A stretch of 64,000 nt of DNA, from the NCBI GenBank assembly GCA_965205265.1, contig CBDBGH010000003.1:1312001-1376000 (forward strand). Direction: 5' to 3'. Source of the DNA: Alphaproteobacteria bacterium. Its GTDB lineage: Bacteria > Pseudomonadota > Alphaproteobacteria > Bin95. How positions within the stretch are numbered: position 1 is the first letter of the stretch; the number at the start of each line of letters is the position of its first letter. The notes beneath the pieces are model-generated. The model searched no databases, was not told the DNA's origin, and worked only from the letters and a program-made list of their open reading frames with translations. The position numbers and the translations under genes are program-made. Positions 1 through 9,346 of the stretch are shown in pieces.

Positions 1-1231
1 GGAAATTTGCCCTCTGGACCGGCTCGACTTCGCTCGGGTCATTCCTCCCGGCGCGCTCGTCACCTGGTCCGAGGGCGCGGGAGAGCCGACGGCGCTGACG
101 ACGCGGCTGGTTGCGCAGCAGGACCGGATCCAGGCTGAACTCTTCGTCGGCGTAACGCTGTCCGACACGCTGCGGGACATCGATCCCGCCCGCCTCGCCG
201 TCTCCAGCTACTGCACGCTCTTCCGCTATTTCGACCTGTTCGAGCGCGGCGCCGTCGATATCCGGCCTTCGCACTATTCCCGAATGGCCGATCTCCGCCC
301 CGATGTGCTGCTCATCCAGGTGACGCCGCCGGACGGGGCCGGCCGGCGGAGCCTCGGCACCGTTGTAGGCCACAACCCCGCCTATATGGCGGCCGGGGCG
401 ACGGTGGTGGCGCAGGAGAACCCGTACCTGCCCTGGACGGAGGGCGACGCGCTCATCGCGGACGCGCGCATCGACATACTGGTGCCGCAGGCCGCGTCTC
501 TGGAACGGCTCATTCCGCGCCGGCCCGGCCCGGTCGAGCACGCCATCGGCGGCCATGTGGCGCGACTGGTGCCGGACCGCGCGACGCTGGAATTCGGCAT
601 CGGCTCGATCCCGGCGGCGGTCCAGCAGGCGCTTGCGGGCAAGCGCGACCTGGCGATCCACACCGGCCTGCTGGACGAGGCGGCGGTGGATTTCATCGAA
701 AGCGGCGCCGTCACCAACCGCTACCGCGAGACCGATCCCGGCCTGGTGTCGGCGGGCTTCCTGTTCGGCACGCCCCGGCTCTACCGCTATGCGGACCGCA
801 ATCCCCTGTTCGGCATGCGCGGGTCCGACCATATCCACGGGGCGCGCGTGCTTGCGGCGCTCGACCGTTTTTTCGCCATCAACTCCGCCATAGAGGTCGA
901 TCTGACCGGGCAGGTGAACGCCGAGGCGCTGGGCGGGCGCTATATCGGCGCCATAGGCGGGCAGGGGGATTTCCAGCGCGCGGCCCTTCACAGCCCCGGA
1001 GGCCGGGGCGTCGTCGCCCTGCCGTCCACCGCCGGGCGGCATTCGCGCATCGTGGCGCGCCTGTCGGGGCCGGTGACGACGGCGCGCGCGGACGCCGATG
1101 TCGTGGTGACGGAGCACGGCATCGCGGAACTGGCCGGCCGCACCCTGCAGGAGCGGGCCCGCGCGACGATCGCGATTGCCGACCCGGCACACCGGCGACA
1201 ATTGGAAGCCGCCCTCGACGCGCTCGCCTGA
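1..1231 (+). CDS. Acetyl-CoA hydrolase/transferase family protein (4-hydroxybutyrate CoA-transferase-like), 5' end off-window
   Basis: Frame open from position 2 (EICPLDRLDF...GAGEP); motifs LEFGIGSIP, INSAIEVDLTGQVNAE, GGQGDF, VVTEHGIAEL. Confidence 0.85.
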   Translation, partial: EICPLDRLDFARVIPPGALVTWSEGAGEPTALTTRLVAQQDRIQAELFVGVTLSDTLRDIDPARLAVSSYCTLFRYFDLFERGAVDIRPSHYSRMADLRPDVLLIQVTPPDGAGRRSLGTVVGHNPAYMAAGATVVAQENPYLPWTEGDALIADARIDILVPQAASLERLIPRRPGPVEHAIGGHVARLVPDRATLEFGIGSIPAAVQQALAGKRDLAIHTGLLDEAAVDFIESGAVTNRYRETDPGLVSAGFLFGTPRLYRYADRNPLFGMRGSDHIHGARVLAALDRFFAINSAIEVDLTGQVNAEALGGRYIGAIGGQGDFQRAALHSPGGRGVVALPSTAGRHSRIVARLSGPVTTARADADVVVTEHGIAELAGRTLQERARATIAIADPAHRRQLEAALDALA

Positions 1232-1277
1232 CGGGTTCTATAAAGCGCGCGCCCGGGAAACCTTGCAGGAGTCGTCC

Positions 1278-2399
1278 ATGGCGCACAGCCGGATCACCGA
1301 AGCGGATGTCGCAGAGCTTCGCGCCCGCATCGGCCAGCCCGTGCGCCGGGTCACCCCGCCGTTCTACACCGAGGTCAATGCCGACGCGGCGAGCCGCTTC
1401 GCCTGGGCTATCGGCGACGACAATCCGCTCTACCACGACGCCGGCTATGCGGCCCAAACGCGCTGGGGCCGGCAATTGGCGCCGCCTTCGATCCTTTACA
1501 GCCTGGAGAACACGGTGTCGGGCGCCGTCGAGGGCCTGCCGGGGGTCCATGCGATGTTCGCCGGCACGGATTTCCGCTGGAACCGGCCGGTAGAAGTCGG
1601 GATGAAGTGCCGCGCCGAGTCCTGCCTGCACGACATCGTCGAGCACCGCACGCGGTTCGCCGGCCTCGCCATCCAGCAGATTTACCGCATCCGCTTTTTC
1701 GACCAGCATGACCGCGAAGTCGCGGAAGCGGACTCCTGGTGTTTCCGCACCGAGCGCGACACGGCGCGCGAGGAAGGCTCCAAATACGAGTCCCCGTCGA
1801 AGCAGCCGCACCGCTACAGCGAGGAAGAGATCGCCGCCTTCCAGGCGCAATATCTTTCGGAAGCGCCGCGCGGGGCCGAAACGCGCTATTTCGAGGATGT
1901 CAGGGAAGGCGATGCGATCGGTCCGATCCTGAAGGGGCCCTATACGGTCACCGCGGCGGTCGCCTTCATGCAGGCCTGGGGCAATTACGCGGTCCGCAAC
2001 CACCGCCAAGCCTGGCGGTATTACAACCGGCATCCGAAACTGGCCGCCCGCAACGGGAACAATGTTCCGGAGCCGCCCGTGCGCGTGCATTGGGACCGCG
2101 AGTTCGCCCAGGAGGTCGGCGTTCCCGGAGCCTATGATTTCGGGCCCGAACGGATCGCATGGCTCGGCCATCTGGTGACCGACTGGATGGGCGATGACGG
2201 CTTCCTGAAGCGGCTCAACGTCCAGGTCCGCGGCCACAATGTTGTGGGCGACGCCACATGGTGCCGGGGCGAGGTGGTGGGGACCGGGATCGTGGACGGC
2301 GAAGGCTGCGTCGAATGCGCGATCCGCTGCATCAACCAGAACGGGCAGACATCCGCGCTCGGCACGGCGACCGTCGTCCTGCCCGGAAAGTCAGCCTGA
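1278..2399 (+). CDS. Tandem MaoC/FAS1-like hot-dog acyl-CoA dehydratase
   Basis: ATG 1278 after AGGAG; FAWAIGDDNPLY (FAS1_N-type MaoC) and second hot-dog domain VHWD...GVPGAYDFG...VTDWMGDDGFL. Confidence 0.8.
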   Translation: MAHSRITEADVAELRARIGQPVRRVTPPFYTEVNADAASRFAWAIGDDNPLYHDAGYAAQTRWGRQLAPPSILYSLENTVSGAVEGLPGVHAMFAGTDFRWNRPVEVGMKCRAESCLHDIVEHRTRFAGLAIQQIYRIRFFDQHDREVAEADSWCFRTERDTAREEGSKYESPSKQPHRYSEEEIAAFQAQYLSEAPRGAETRYFEDVREGDAIGPILKGPYTVTAAVAFMQAWGNYAVRNHRQAWRYYNRHPKLAARNGNNVPEPPVRVHWDREFAQEVGVPGAYDFGPERIAWLGHLVTDWMGDDGFLKRLNVQVRGHNVVGDATWCRGEVVGTGIVDGEGCVECAIRCINQNGQTSALGTATVVLPGKSA

Positions 2400-2421
2400 G
2401 AAACCGATACGGAAGCGAGAC

Positions 2422-2907
2422 ATGCCTGTCCTGTTCGACGAACATCGCGAAGTCGTCCAGCCCGAGTGGATCGACTATAACGGCCATATGAATGTGGCCT
2501 TTTATTTTCTCGCCTTCGACCATGCCACGGACGCATTTTACGATGCGGTCGGCTGCGGTGAGCACTACAAGGCGAACGGAAACTTCTCCACCTTCACGCT
2601 TGAGGGCCACATTACCTACGACCGGGAAGTGCTGGAAGGCGACCCGTTGCGATTCACGACGCAATTGCTCGATTTCGACGAGAAACGCCTTCACTATTTC
2701 CATGTCATGTACCATGCCGAGGAAGGCTATGCGGCGGCAACCAATGAGTTGATTGCCATGCATGTCGATATGGACCAGCGCAGGTCCGCGCCGTTTCCGC
2801 CTGAAATACTGGAAAAACTGGCGGAAGTAAGGGAGCGGCACAGCACCTTGCCGCGTCCGGACAAAGCCGGCCGCGTCATCGGCATCCGGCGAAAATCGGG
2901 CGCTTGA
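2422..2907 (+). CDS. Thioesterase (4HBT/hot-dog family)
   Basis: EWIDYNGHMNVAFY motif, TFTLEGHITY, FDEKRLHYFH. Confidence 0.85.
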   Translation: MPVLFDEHREVVQPEWIDYNGHMNVAFYFLAFDHATDAFYDAVGCGEHYKANGNFSTFTLEGHITYDREVLEGDPLRFTTQLLDFDEKRLHYFHVMYHAEEGYAAATNELIAMHVDMDQRRSAPFPPEILEKLAEVRERHSTLPRPDKAGRVIGIRRKSGA

Positions 2908-2941
2908 TTGCGGCGCCGGCAAGGAGGATGATGGCGGGTCC

Positions 2942-3430
2942 ATGTTGGTGCGGACCGTAATCCTTTTCCTTGTCGGTTTCGCCGGCCCGGCGGCGGCCTT
3001 CTGTACCGACGCTGCCGCGCCGGGCGTGGAGTGGGACCGCTGCCTGTTCGACGAGCGCAACATGCCCGAGGCCGGTCTGGCGGGGGCGAAAATCCGTTCC
3101 TCGTCGTTCAAGCGCGCCAATCTCGAAAAGGCGGACTTCACCGGCGCCATCGGGTCGCGGGCCAAGTTCATTTCCGCCCGGCTCGCGCAGGCGAAATTCG
3201 ACGGCGCAAGGCTGAACGATGCGGACTTCACCAAGGCGGACCTGAGAGGCGCCGTCTTCAGGAATGCCGACCTGCGCCGGGCGCGGTTCTTCCGGGCCAG
3301 GCTGGAAGGTGCGGACTTCACCGGCGCGCGGCTTAGGCAGACGGACTTCTTCGACGCCGACCTTTCCGGGGCTGTATGGACCGACGGCAAGCATGTCTGC
3401 GCGCCCGGCTCCGTCGGACAATGCAGATAG
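2942..3430 (+). CDS. Exported pentapeptide-repeat protein
   Basis: N-terminal signal peptide; A[DN][LF]xx repeats (ANLEK ADFTG, ADFTK ADLRG, ADLSG); C-terminal AVWTDG...C..GSVGQC. Confidence 0.9.
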   Translation: MLVRTVILFLVGFAGPAAAFCTDAAAPGVEWDRCLFDERNMPEAGLAGAKIRSSSFKRANLEKADFTGAIGSRAKFISARLAQAKFDGARLNDADFTKADLRGAVFRNADLRRARFFRARLEGADFTGARLRQTDFFDADLSGAVWTDGKHVCAPGSVGQCR

Positions 3431-3440
3431 GCGCCGCCCG

Positions 3441-5213
3441 GTGAACCCTGCCAGGGAAATCCGGCAGCGTGTCGCCGCCGGGCTCCGACAGGCTTTCGAC
3501 GACGAACAATTGACCCTCCTGGGGGTGGCGCTCGTCGTCGGGCTGGCGGCGGGCTGCTGCGCCGTGCTGTTCCGGGAGGTGCTCGCGCTCTTCCAGTCGG
3601 TCTTCCTCGGCACGGGCGAGGAGAACCTGATCGATTTCATCGCCGGATTGCCGGCCTGGCAGGTGGTGCTGGCGCCCACGGTCGGCGGCCTGGCGGTCGG
3701 TATCTATCTCCGGGTCTTTCTGAACGGCCACCCCATGGGCGTGGCGCAGGTCATGGAAGCGAGCGCCGCCGGCGGACGCATGGAGTTGGCGCCGGCGCTG
3801 CACGGGGCCCTCGCCAACGCGCTGACGCTCGGCTGCGGCGGGTCATCGGGAAGGGAAGGGCCGGTGGTGCATCTGGGCGCAGCCGTGGCCTCCTGGCTGG
3901 CGCGGCGGTTCCACGACCGGCGGGGCGCGGCCCGGACCCTGCTGGCCTGCGGCGTGGCCGGCGCGGTGGCGGCTTCGTTCAACGCGCCCTTCGCGGGCAT
4001 TTTCTTCGCTCAGGAGGTGGTCATCGGCCGCTACGCATTCGGCGCGCTCGTTCCGGTTGCCGTGTCCTCCGTGGTCGCCACCCTCATCTCGCATGCCGTA
4101 TACGGGGCATACCCGGCCTTCATCGTACCCGAATTCAGCCTGGGCTCCTGGCTGGAATTTCCCGCGTTCGTGCTGCTCGGCGGCTTGACGGCTATGACGG
4201 CTGTAATCTTCATCCGGTCGATCCGTATCACGGCCCAGTTGGCCGAGGCTTCAACGGTGCCGACATGGATGCGACCCGCGCTTGCGGGTCTGGCAGTGGG
4301 ACTGATCGCGGTGGTGTTCCCGCAGGTGCTGGGCGTCGGCTATGGCGCAACGGACGCCGCGCTCAACGCCGAATACGGCCTCTGGCTGCTTATCGGACTG
4401 ATCGTGGCCAAGACGGCGGCGACGTCGCTCACCATAGGGGGCGGTATGGGCGGCGGCGTGTTCAGCCCTTCGCTGTTTCTGGGCGCCATGCTCGGCGGCG
4501 CGTTCGGCTCCGTTGCAGGTTCGGTTGCGCCGCATCTCTTCGCCGGCGTCGGCGCCTATGCAATGGTCGGCATGGGCGCGATGGCGGGCGCCGTTCTGGG
4601 CGCGCCGATCTCGACTATCCTCATCATGGTCGAGCTCACCGGGGACTATCAACTCACCATGGCCGTTACGCTCGCCACGGTAACGGCCGCCATGCTGACG
4701 CGCGCGCTGAACGGCGCCTCCTATTTCCGCACCGTCCTGGCGGAGAACGGCATCGACCTGGACGAGAGGCTGGAGACGGACGCCATGCGGCAGATGCGCG
4801 TGCGCGGCGTGATGAGCCGGTCATTCTCGTCCGTGCCGCGCACCATGAAGATGCGGGAACTGCGCGTGGCGTTGGCGACGGCCCCTTACGGCGAACTCTT
4901 CGTCGTCGATCCGTCCAACCGCCTGTTCGGCACGATCACGCTGGCGGACCTGGACGAAACGGCTTTCGATCCGGTGATTCAGGATCTGATCTGCGCCGGC
5001 GACGCCGCGAGGCTCAATCCGCCCATGCTGACCGTGGAAGACGATCTCGAAAGCGCCTTCAACCTGATGGAGACGCGGCATGAGGAGCACATCGCCGTCG
5101 TGGACAACCGGGTGGACCGGCACCTGGTCGGCTTCATCCACGAACGCGACGTGATGCTTGCCTACAACCGCGCCCTGGTCGATATGCACCGACGCGGGGG
5201 AACGGCTTACTGA
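3441..5213 (+). CDS. ClC chloride channel/H+ antiporter with C-terminal CBS pair
   Basis: GREGP and GGVFSP ClC signatures, many TM helices, CBS-like C-terminus; GTG start inferred. Confidence 0.9.
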   Translation: MNPAREIRQRVAAGLRQAFDDEQLTLLGVALVVGLAAGCCAVLFREVLALFQSVFLGTGEENLIDFIAGLPAWQVVLAPTVGGLAVGIYLRVFLNGHPMGVAQVMEASAAGGRMELAPALHGALANALTLGCGGSSGREGPVVHLGAAVASWLARRFHDRRGAARTLLACGVAGAVAASFNAPFAGIFFAQEVVIGRYAFGALVPVAVSSVVATLISHAVYGAYPAFIVPEFSLGSWLEFPAFVLLGGLTAMTAVIFIRSIRITAQLAEASTVPTWMRPALAGLAVGLIAVVFPQVLGVGYGATDAALNAEYGLWLLIGLIVAKTAATSLTIGGGMGGGVFSPSLFLGAMLGGAFGSVAGSVAPHLFAGVGAYAMVGMGAMAGAVLGAPISTILIMVELTGDYQLTMAVTLATVTAAMLTRALNGASYFRTVLAENGIDLDERLETDAMRQMRVRGVMSRSFSSVPRTMKMRELRVALATAPYGELFVVDPSNRLFGTITLADLDETAFDPVIQDLICAGDAARLNPPMLTVEDDLESAFNLMETRHEEHIAVVDNRVDRHLVGFIHERDVMLAYNRALVDMHRRGGTAY

Positions 5214-5220
5214 CTTCGGC

Positions 5221-6177
5221 TTATTCTTCGCCGTCGGGCGCGCGGCCGATATTGTGGCCGCGTAGGTCGCGCAGGTCGGGAGGCACGACGCTGGCCGCGA
5301 TGGAGGCGTCGAGAGCCTCGAAATCGCTGTAGCCGATCGTTTCGTAGAGCTCCGCCCGGCTCTGCATCGAGTCCAGCAGGGCTTCCGTGCTGTCGGCGTC
5401 TGCCAGATGGGCATACATGTCGGCCATGGCCTTCGCGGCGATGCGCAGGGACGAGACCGGCCAGATCACCACCTTGCAGCCCATCGCCTCGAACTGCGCG
5501 CCGGTGAAATAGGGAGTGCGGCCGAACTCGGTCATGTTCGCCATGAGCGGCGCGTCCACCGAGGACGAGAACCGCCGGAACATGGCCTCGCTGGTGAGCG
5601 CGTCCGCGAAAACGATGTCGGCCCCGGCTTCGATATAAAGCCGGGCGCGCTCGATGCCGTCCTCCAGGCCCTCCTGGGCGACGGCGTCCGTCCGCGCAAC
5701 GATGCGCAGATGCGTCCTCGCCCGGTGCGCGGCCTCCACCTTGCGCGCCATGTCCTCGGGGCTCGCCAGCTGCTTGTCGTTCAGATGGCCGCATTTCTTC
5801 GGCAACAACTGGTCCTCGATCTGCACGGCAGCGGCGCCGGCGGCCTCCAATTCGCGGACCGTGCGCATGACGTTCAGCACTTCGCCATAGCCGGTGTCGG
5901 CGTCCACGATGAGCGGCAATTGCGTCGCGCGGTAAATGCTGCGGACGTGGTGGCAGAGCTCGTCCAGGCCGATCACGCCCAGGTCCGGCAGGCCCATCGA
6001 GGCCGTGACCGCCGCGCCCGAGACATAGAGGCACTCGAAACCGGCCCGCTTGGCGAGCAGGCCGGCCATTGCATTGTGCGCGCCGGGCGCCCGCAGGATT
6101 CCGGGCCGCACCAACAGGGCGGCGAAACGCTCCCCGGCCGGCTGCTTGATCCACCGGTCATTGGTAAGCCAGGTCAT
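5221..6177 (-). CDS. prpB: 2-methylisocitrate lyase
   Basis: KKCGH catalytic loop, DADTGYG, ANMTEFGRTP; GGAGG RBS. Confidence 0.88.
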   Translation of the reverse strand: MTWLTNDRWIKQPAGERFAALLVRPGILRAPGAHNAMAGLLAKRAGFECLYVSGAAVTASMGLPDLGVIGLDELCHHVRSIYRATQLPLIVDADTGYGEVLNVMRTVRELEAAGAAAVQIEDQLLPKKCGHLNDKQLASPEDMARKVEAAHRARTHLRIVARTDAVAQEGLEDGIERARLYIEAGADIVFADALTSEAMFRRFSSSVDAPLMANMTEFGRTPYFTGAQFEAMGCKVVIWPVSSLRIAAKAMADMYAHLADADSTEALLDSMQSRAELYETIGYSDFEALDASIAASVVPPDLRDLRGHNIGRAPDGEE

Positions 6178-6249
6178 CGAACCTCCTCCGTTGGCCGCCG
6201 TTGCAACCGGAGCCGCCAGTCGAGCCGTCCCGGGCTGCGCTGTCTCTCG

Positions 6250-6663
6250 CTAGCACTGCATGACCCGTATATGGCCTTCGTTCCCGTAAGCGAGCAGCTG
6301 GCGGTCGCGAGTCACCAGCGTATAGCCGAAAGCGCGTGCTGTGGCGGCCATAATTCGATCCACCGGATCGGCTGGCGGCGAGCCGGGAAGGGTGCATGAC
6401 GCGATCAGTACCGCAGGCGGCATGTCTGCGAGATGCACTCCCGGCAAGTTGCAGAGACGGTGGAACCAGACCTCGGGATCGAGCGAAAACGCCAGTCTTC
6501 CCTTGGATGTCAGCATGGCGACCTCCCATGCAGTCATGGGCGACACCAGGAGCCTGTCTTCGTAACCGTCTATTGCAGGCAGCACCGAAGCCGCCGGCTC
6601 CAGAAGTGGGTCGCCGCCGGCAATCCAGATTGCGGCGCAACTGTCGAGCAGGAAGGCCGTCAC
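6250..6663 (-). CDS. vapC: VapC PIN-domain toxin
   Basis: LLDSC, SPMTAWE, DPVDRIMAATA, LVTRD PIN motifs. Confidence 0.88.
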   Translation of the reverse strand: MTAFLLDSCAAIWIAGGDPLLEPAASVLPAIDGYEDRLLVSPMTAWEVAMLTSKGRLAFSLDPEVWFHRLCNLPGVHLADMPPAVLIASCTLPGSPPADPVDRIMAATARAFGYTLVTRDRQLLAYGNEGHIRVMQC

Positions 6664-6669
6664 CCGGGA

Positions 6670-7131
6670 TTACCCTCCGGCCTTCCATTCCGTATCGACC
6701 GGGGCGGTCAGGTCCGTCCCCGGCCGGACGGTCACCGTCCCCTTCAGGGCGCCGAATATGCGCGAGAAGACCGGGAAGATGTTGTCGCCCGCGGCCTCGG
6801 CAAATCCGCTGGCCGCAGCTTCGTCCGGCGGCCCGAAATCCGGGTCCGGAGGCGGGCCGGCGCCCAATTTCGCCAAGGTGTCCATCCGCTCGAACCTCCG
6901 GAACATTAGCCTGCGGCCCGGAATGTCCACATTTGCGGACTTGTAGCCCGCGTCCAGCCAGGCATGGGTGATGACGCTGTTTGAAGGGTTGTTCGACCAC
7001 CAACCCCTGTGTTTGAAAGCCGATGCAGGGAGTTCGGCCCCGATAACCTCCTCGATTTCCGAGAAAGTCATGGATACGATCTCCTGCCCCGACTGGCGCA
7101 AATGGGCCTCCAACGGCTGATATTTGGTCAT
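6670..7131 (-). CDS. Probable antitoxin: N-terminal 'KY.PL..HL...F.EIE...LP.SA...WWSN' (DUF7662-like) domain fused to a VapB-like C-terminal tail
   Basis: ATG 7131 after GGAGGAAGG; tail IFGALKGTVTV...DLTAPV..EW resembles VapB tails; lies directly upstream of vapC. Confidence 0.65.
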   Translation of the reverse strand: MTKYQPLEAHLRQSGQEIVSMTFSEIEEVIGAELPASAFKHRGWWSNNPSNSVITHAWLDAGYKSANVDIPGRRLMFRRFERMDTLAKLGAGPPPDPDFGPPDEAAASGFAEAAGDNIFPVFSRIFGALKGTVTVRPGTDLTAPVDTEWKAGG

Positions 7132-7148
7132 GCTGCCTTCCTCCCGAA

Positions 7149-7186
7149 AGGTAGTGATTAACACAAAGTTACACATAACACTACCT
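7149..7186. promoter_or_regulatory. Putative TA autoregulatory operator (inverted repeat)
   Basis: AGGTAGTG (7149-7156) ... CACTACCT (7179-7186) perfect 8-bp IR in AT-rich DNA just upstream of the antitoxin RBS. Confidence 0.55.
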
Positions 7187-7251
7187 ATTGCAAGCGCGCC
7201 GCATGCAATGCGGCAGACGACCGCACCTGGTTCCACCGCCCCGGTGCGAGC

Positions 7252-8490
7252 TCAATCGTAGCTGCGCTGGTCGTCGATGACCTTGCCGTCGTTCGGCAGC
7301 GAATCGGCGAACTCGATGCGGCCGCGCATCTTGCATTCGGCGCGGAAGCTCTCGGCGACGGTATCGCGGAAGGCATCGTCCCGGGTCGGCGCCTCGACCA
7401 TCAGGGTGGCGGTATCGAGATTGTTTTCGGAGCCGACCACCAGCCTGAGCCGCGCAATCTCCGGATGGCGGGCCAGCACGCGGTTCACCTGCTCCGGGCG
7501 GATGAACATGCCGCGCACCTTCGCCGTCTGGTCCGCCCGGCCCATCCAGCCCTTGATGCGGGTGTTGGTGCGCCCGCAGGAGCTTTGTCCCGCATCGACG
7601 GCGGACATGTCGCCGGTCGCGAAACGGAAGAGCGGATAATCGTCGGTCAGGGTCGTCACCACGACCTCGCCGACCTCGCCGTCCGGCACCGGGTCTCCGG
7701 AGCCCGGCCGGACGATTTCGACGATCACGCCCTCGGCAAGGACCATGCCTTCCAGCGCCGGCGTCTCATAGGCGACCAGCCCGACATCGGCCGTGCCGTA
7801 GTTCTGCATCACATTGACGCCCTTGCCCCGGATTTCCTCCCGGAGCGAAGGGAAGAGCGCGCCGCCGCCGACCAGCGCCTTGGCGAGCGAGGGCAGCGCC
7901 GTCCCCATCTCTTCGGCCTTGTCCAGCACGATCTTCAGGAAGTCCGGCGTGCCCATGAAGCCGACGGCGCCGAAGTGCCGGATCGCCTCGACCTGCTGTT
8001 CGGTCTGGCCGACGCCGCCGGGAAAGACGGTGCAGCCGAGCGCCTCGGCCGCGCTTTCCATCATGAAGGCGCCGGGCGTGAAGTGGTAGCTGAAGGTGTT
8101 GTGGACCACGTCGCCCTTGCGGAAGCCGGCGGCATAGAGGGAGCGCGCGCCGCGGAACCAGTCGGGCTTCGCGCCCATCGGCTCGCAGATCGGGCCCGGC
8201 GAGCGGAACACGCGCCGGAACGCGCCCACGGGCACGATCGTCATGCCGCCGAAGGGCGGGTCCGCCGCCTGCACTTCCATCAGGTCGGATTTCCGGGTGA
8301 TCGGAAGGGCTGCCAGCGCGCCGCGGGAGTCGATGTCGCCGGCCTCGACTTCGGCAAGCGCCCGCCGCCAGTAAGGCGCCTTGTCCTTGGCAAGCGCAAT
8401 CAGGCCGCGCAACTCGGCGAACTGTTCGGCCTCACGCTGCTCCGGGTCCCGGATCTCCAGCTTGTCGTAGAAGTCGCCGTTTGCGGTCAT
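7252..8490 (-). CDS. Phenylacetate-CoA ligase (PaaK)-family protein
   Basis: SYHFTPG, YGTADVG, RFATGDMS, KGWMGRADQTAKVRGMF. Confidence 0.85.
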   Translation of the reverse strand: MTANGDFYDKLEIRDPEQREAEQFAELRGLIALAKDKAPYWRRALAEVEAGDIDSRGALAALPITRKSDLMEVQAADPPFGGMTIVPVGAFRRVFRSPGPICEPMGAKPDWFRGARSLYAAGFRKGDVVHNTFSYHFTPGAFMMESAAEALGCTVFPGGVGQTEQQVEAIRHFGAVGFMGTPDFLKIVLDKAEEMGTALPSLAKALVGGGALFPSLREEIRGKGVNVMQNYGTADVGLVAYETPALEGMVLAEGVIVEIVRPGSGDPVPDGEVGEVVVTTLTDDYPLFRFATGDMSAVDAGQSSCGRTNTRIKGWMGRADQTAKVRGMFIRPEQVNRVLARHPEIARLRLVVGSENNLDTATLMVEAPTRDDAFRDTVAESFRAECKMRGRIEFADSLPNDGKVIDDQRSYD

Positions 8491-8496
8491 GGTCCC

Positions 8497-9309
8497 TCAT
8501 ACCCAGCGTTTGCGCCGACGATAGAATTTGATGTCCCGATAACTCCTGCGCCCGGTGGAGCTGATGCCGAGGTAGAACTCCTTGACATCCTCGTTCTCCC
8601 GAAGGTCCGCGGCCTCACCGTCCATGACGATGCGTCCGTTCTCCAGGATGTAGCCGTAATGGGCGTATTTGAGCGCCATGTTGGTGTTCTGCTCGGCCAG
8701 CAGGATCGAGCAGTTTTCCTCTTCGTTGATGCGCTTGACGATCTCGAAGATCTGCTCGACGAGCTGCGGGGCGAGCCCCATGGAGGGTTCGTCCAGCAGG
8801 ATCATCTCGGGCCGGGACATGAGCGCGCGGCCGATGGCGCACATCTGCTGCTCGCCGCCGGAAATATAGCCGGCGAGGCTCTTGCGCCGGCTCTTGAGAG
8901 CCGGGAAATATCCGTAAACCGCGTCGAGGTCGTCGCTGAGCTCCGCACGGCGCGCGTGGCGCGTATAAGCGCCCGTCAACAGGTTTTCCTCGACGGTCAA
9001 ATGTTCGAAACAATGGCGGCCTTCCATCACCTGGATGACGCCCCTGCGCACGAGGTCGGTCGGCGTCAGCGCGTCGATCTGCTCGCCGCGAAAGAGGATG
9101 GAACCCTTGGTGACCTCGCCGCGCTCGGCGCGCAGCAGGTTGGAAACGGCCTTGAGGGTCGTCGTCTTGCCGGCCCCGTTCGCGCCGAGGAGGGCGACGA
9201 TGCCCCCCTTCGGCACGTGGAGGGAGACGCCCTTCAGCACGAGGATGACGTGGTCGTAAATGACCTCGACATTGTTCACTTCGAGTTCGTTGCGAACGGT
9301 CTCGTTCAT
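8497..9309 (-). CDS. HAAT ABC transporter ATPase (LivF-like)
   Basis: GANGAGKTT, SGGEQQM, LLDEPS. Confidence 0.92.
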   Translation of the reverse strand: MNETVRNELEVNNVEVIYDHVILVLKGVSLHVPKGGIVALLGANGAGKTTTLKAVSNLLRAERGEVTKGSILFRGEQIDALTPTDLVRRGVIQVMEGRHCFEHLTVEENLLTGAYTRHARRAELSDDLDAVYGYFPALKSRRKSLAGYISGGEQQMCAIGRALMSRPEMILLDEPSMGLAPQLVEQIFEIVKRINEEENCSILLAEQNTNMALKYAHYGYILENGRIVMDGEAADLRENEDVKEFYLGISSTGRRSYRDIKFYRRRKRWV

Positions 9310-9346
9310 GCTTCCGGGCCTCTCCCGCCGGTGGGGTCGAACCGCT

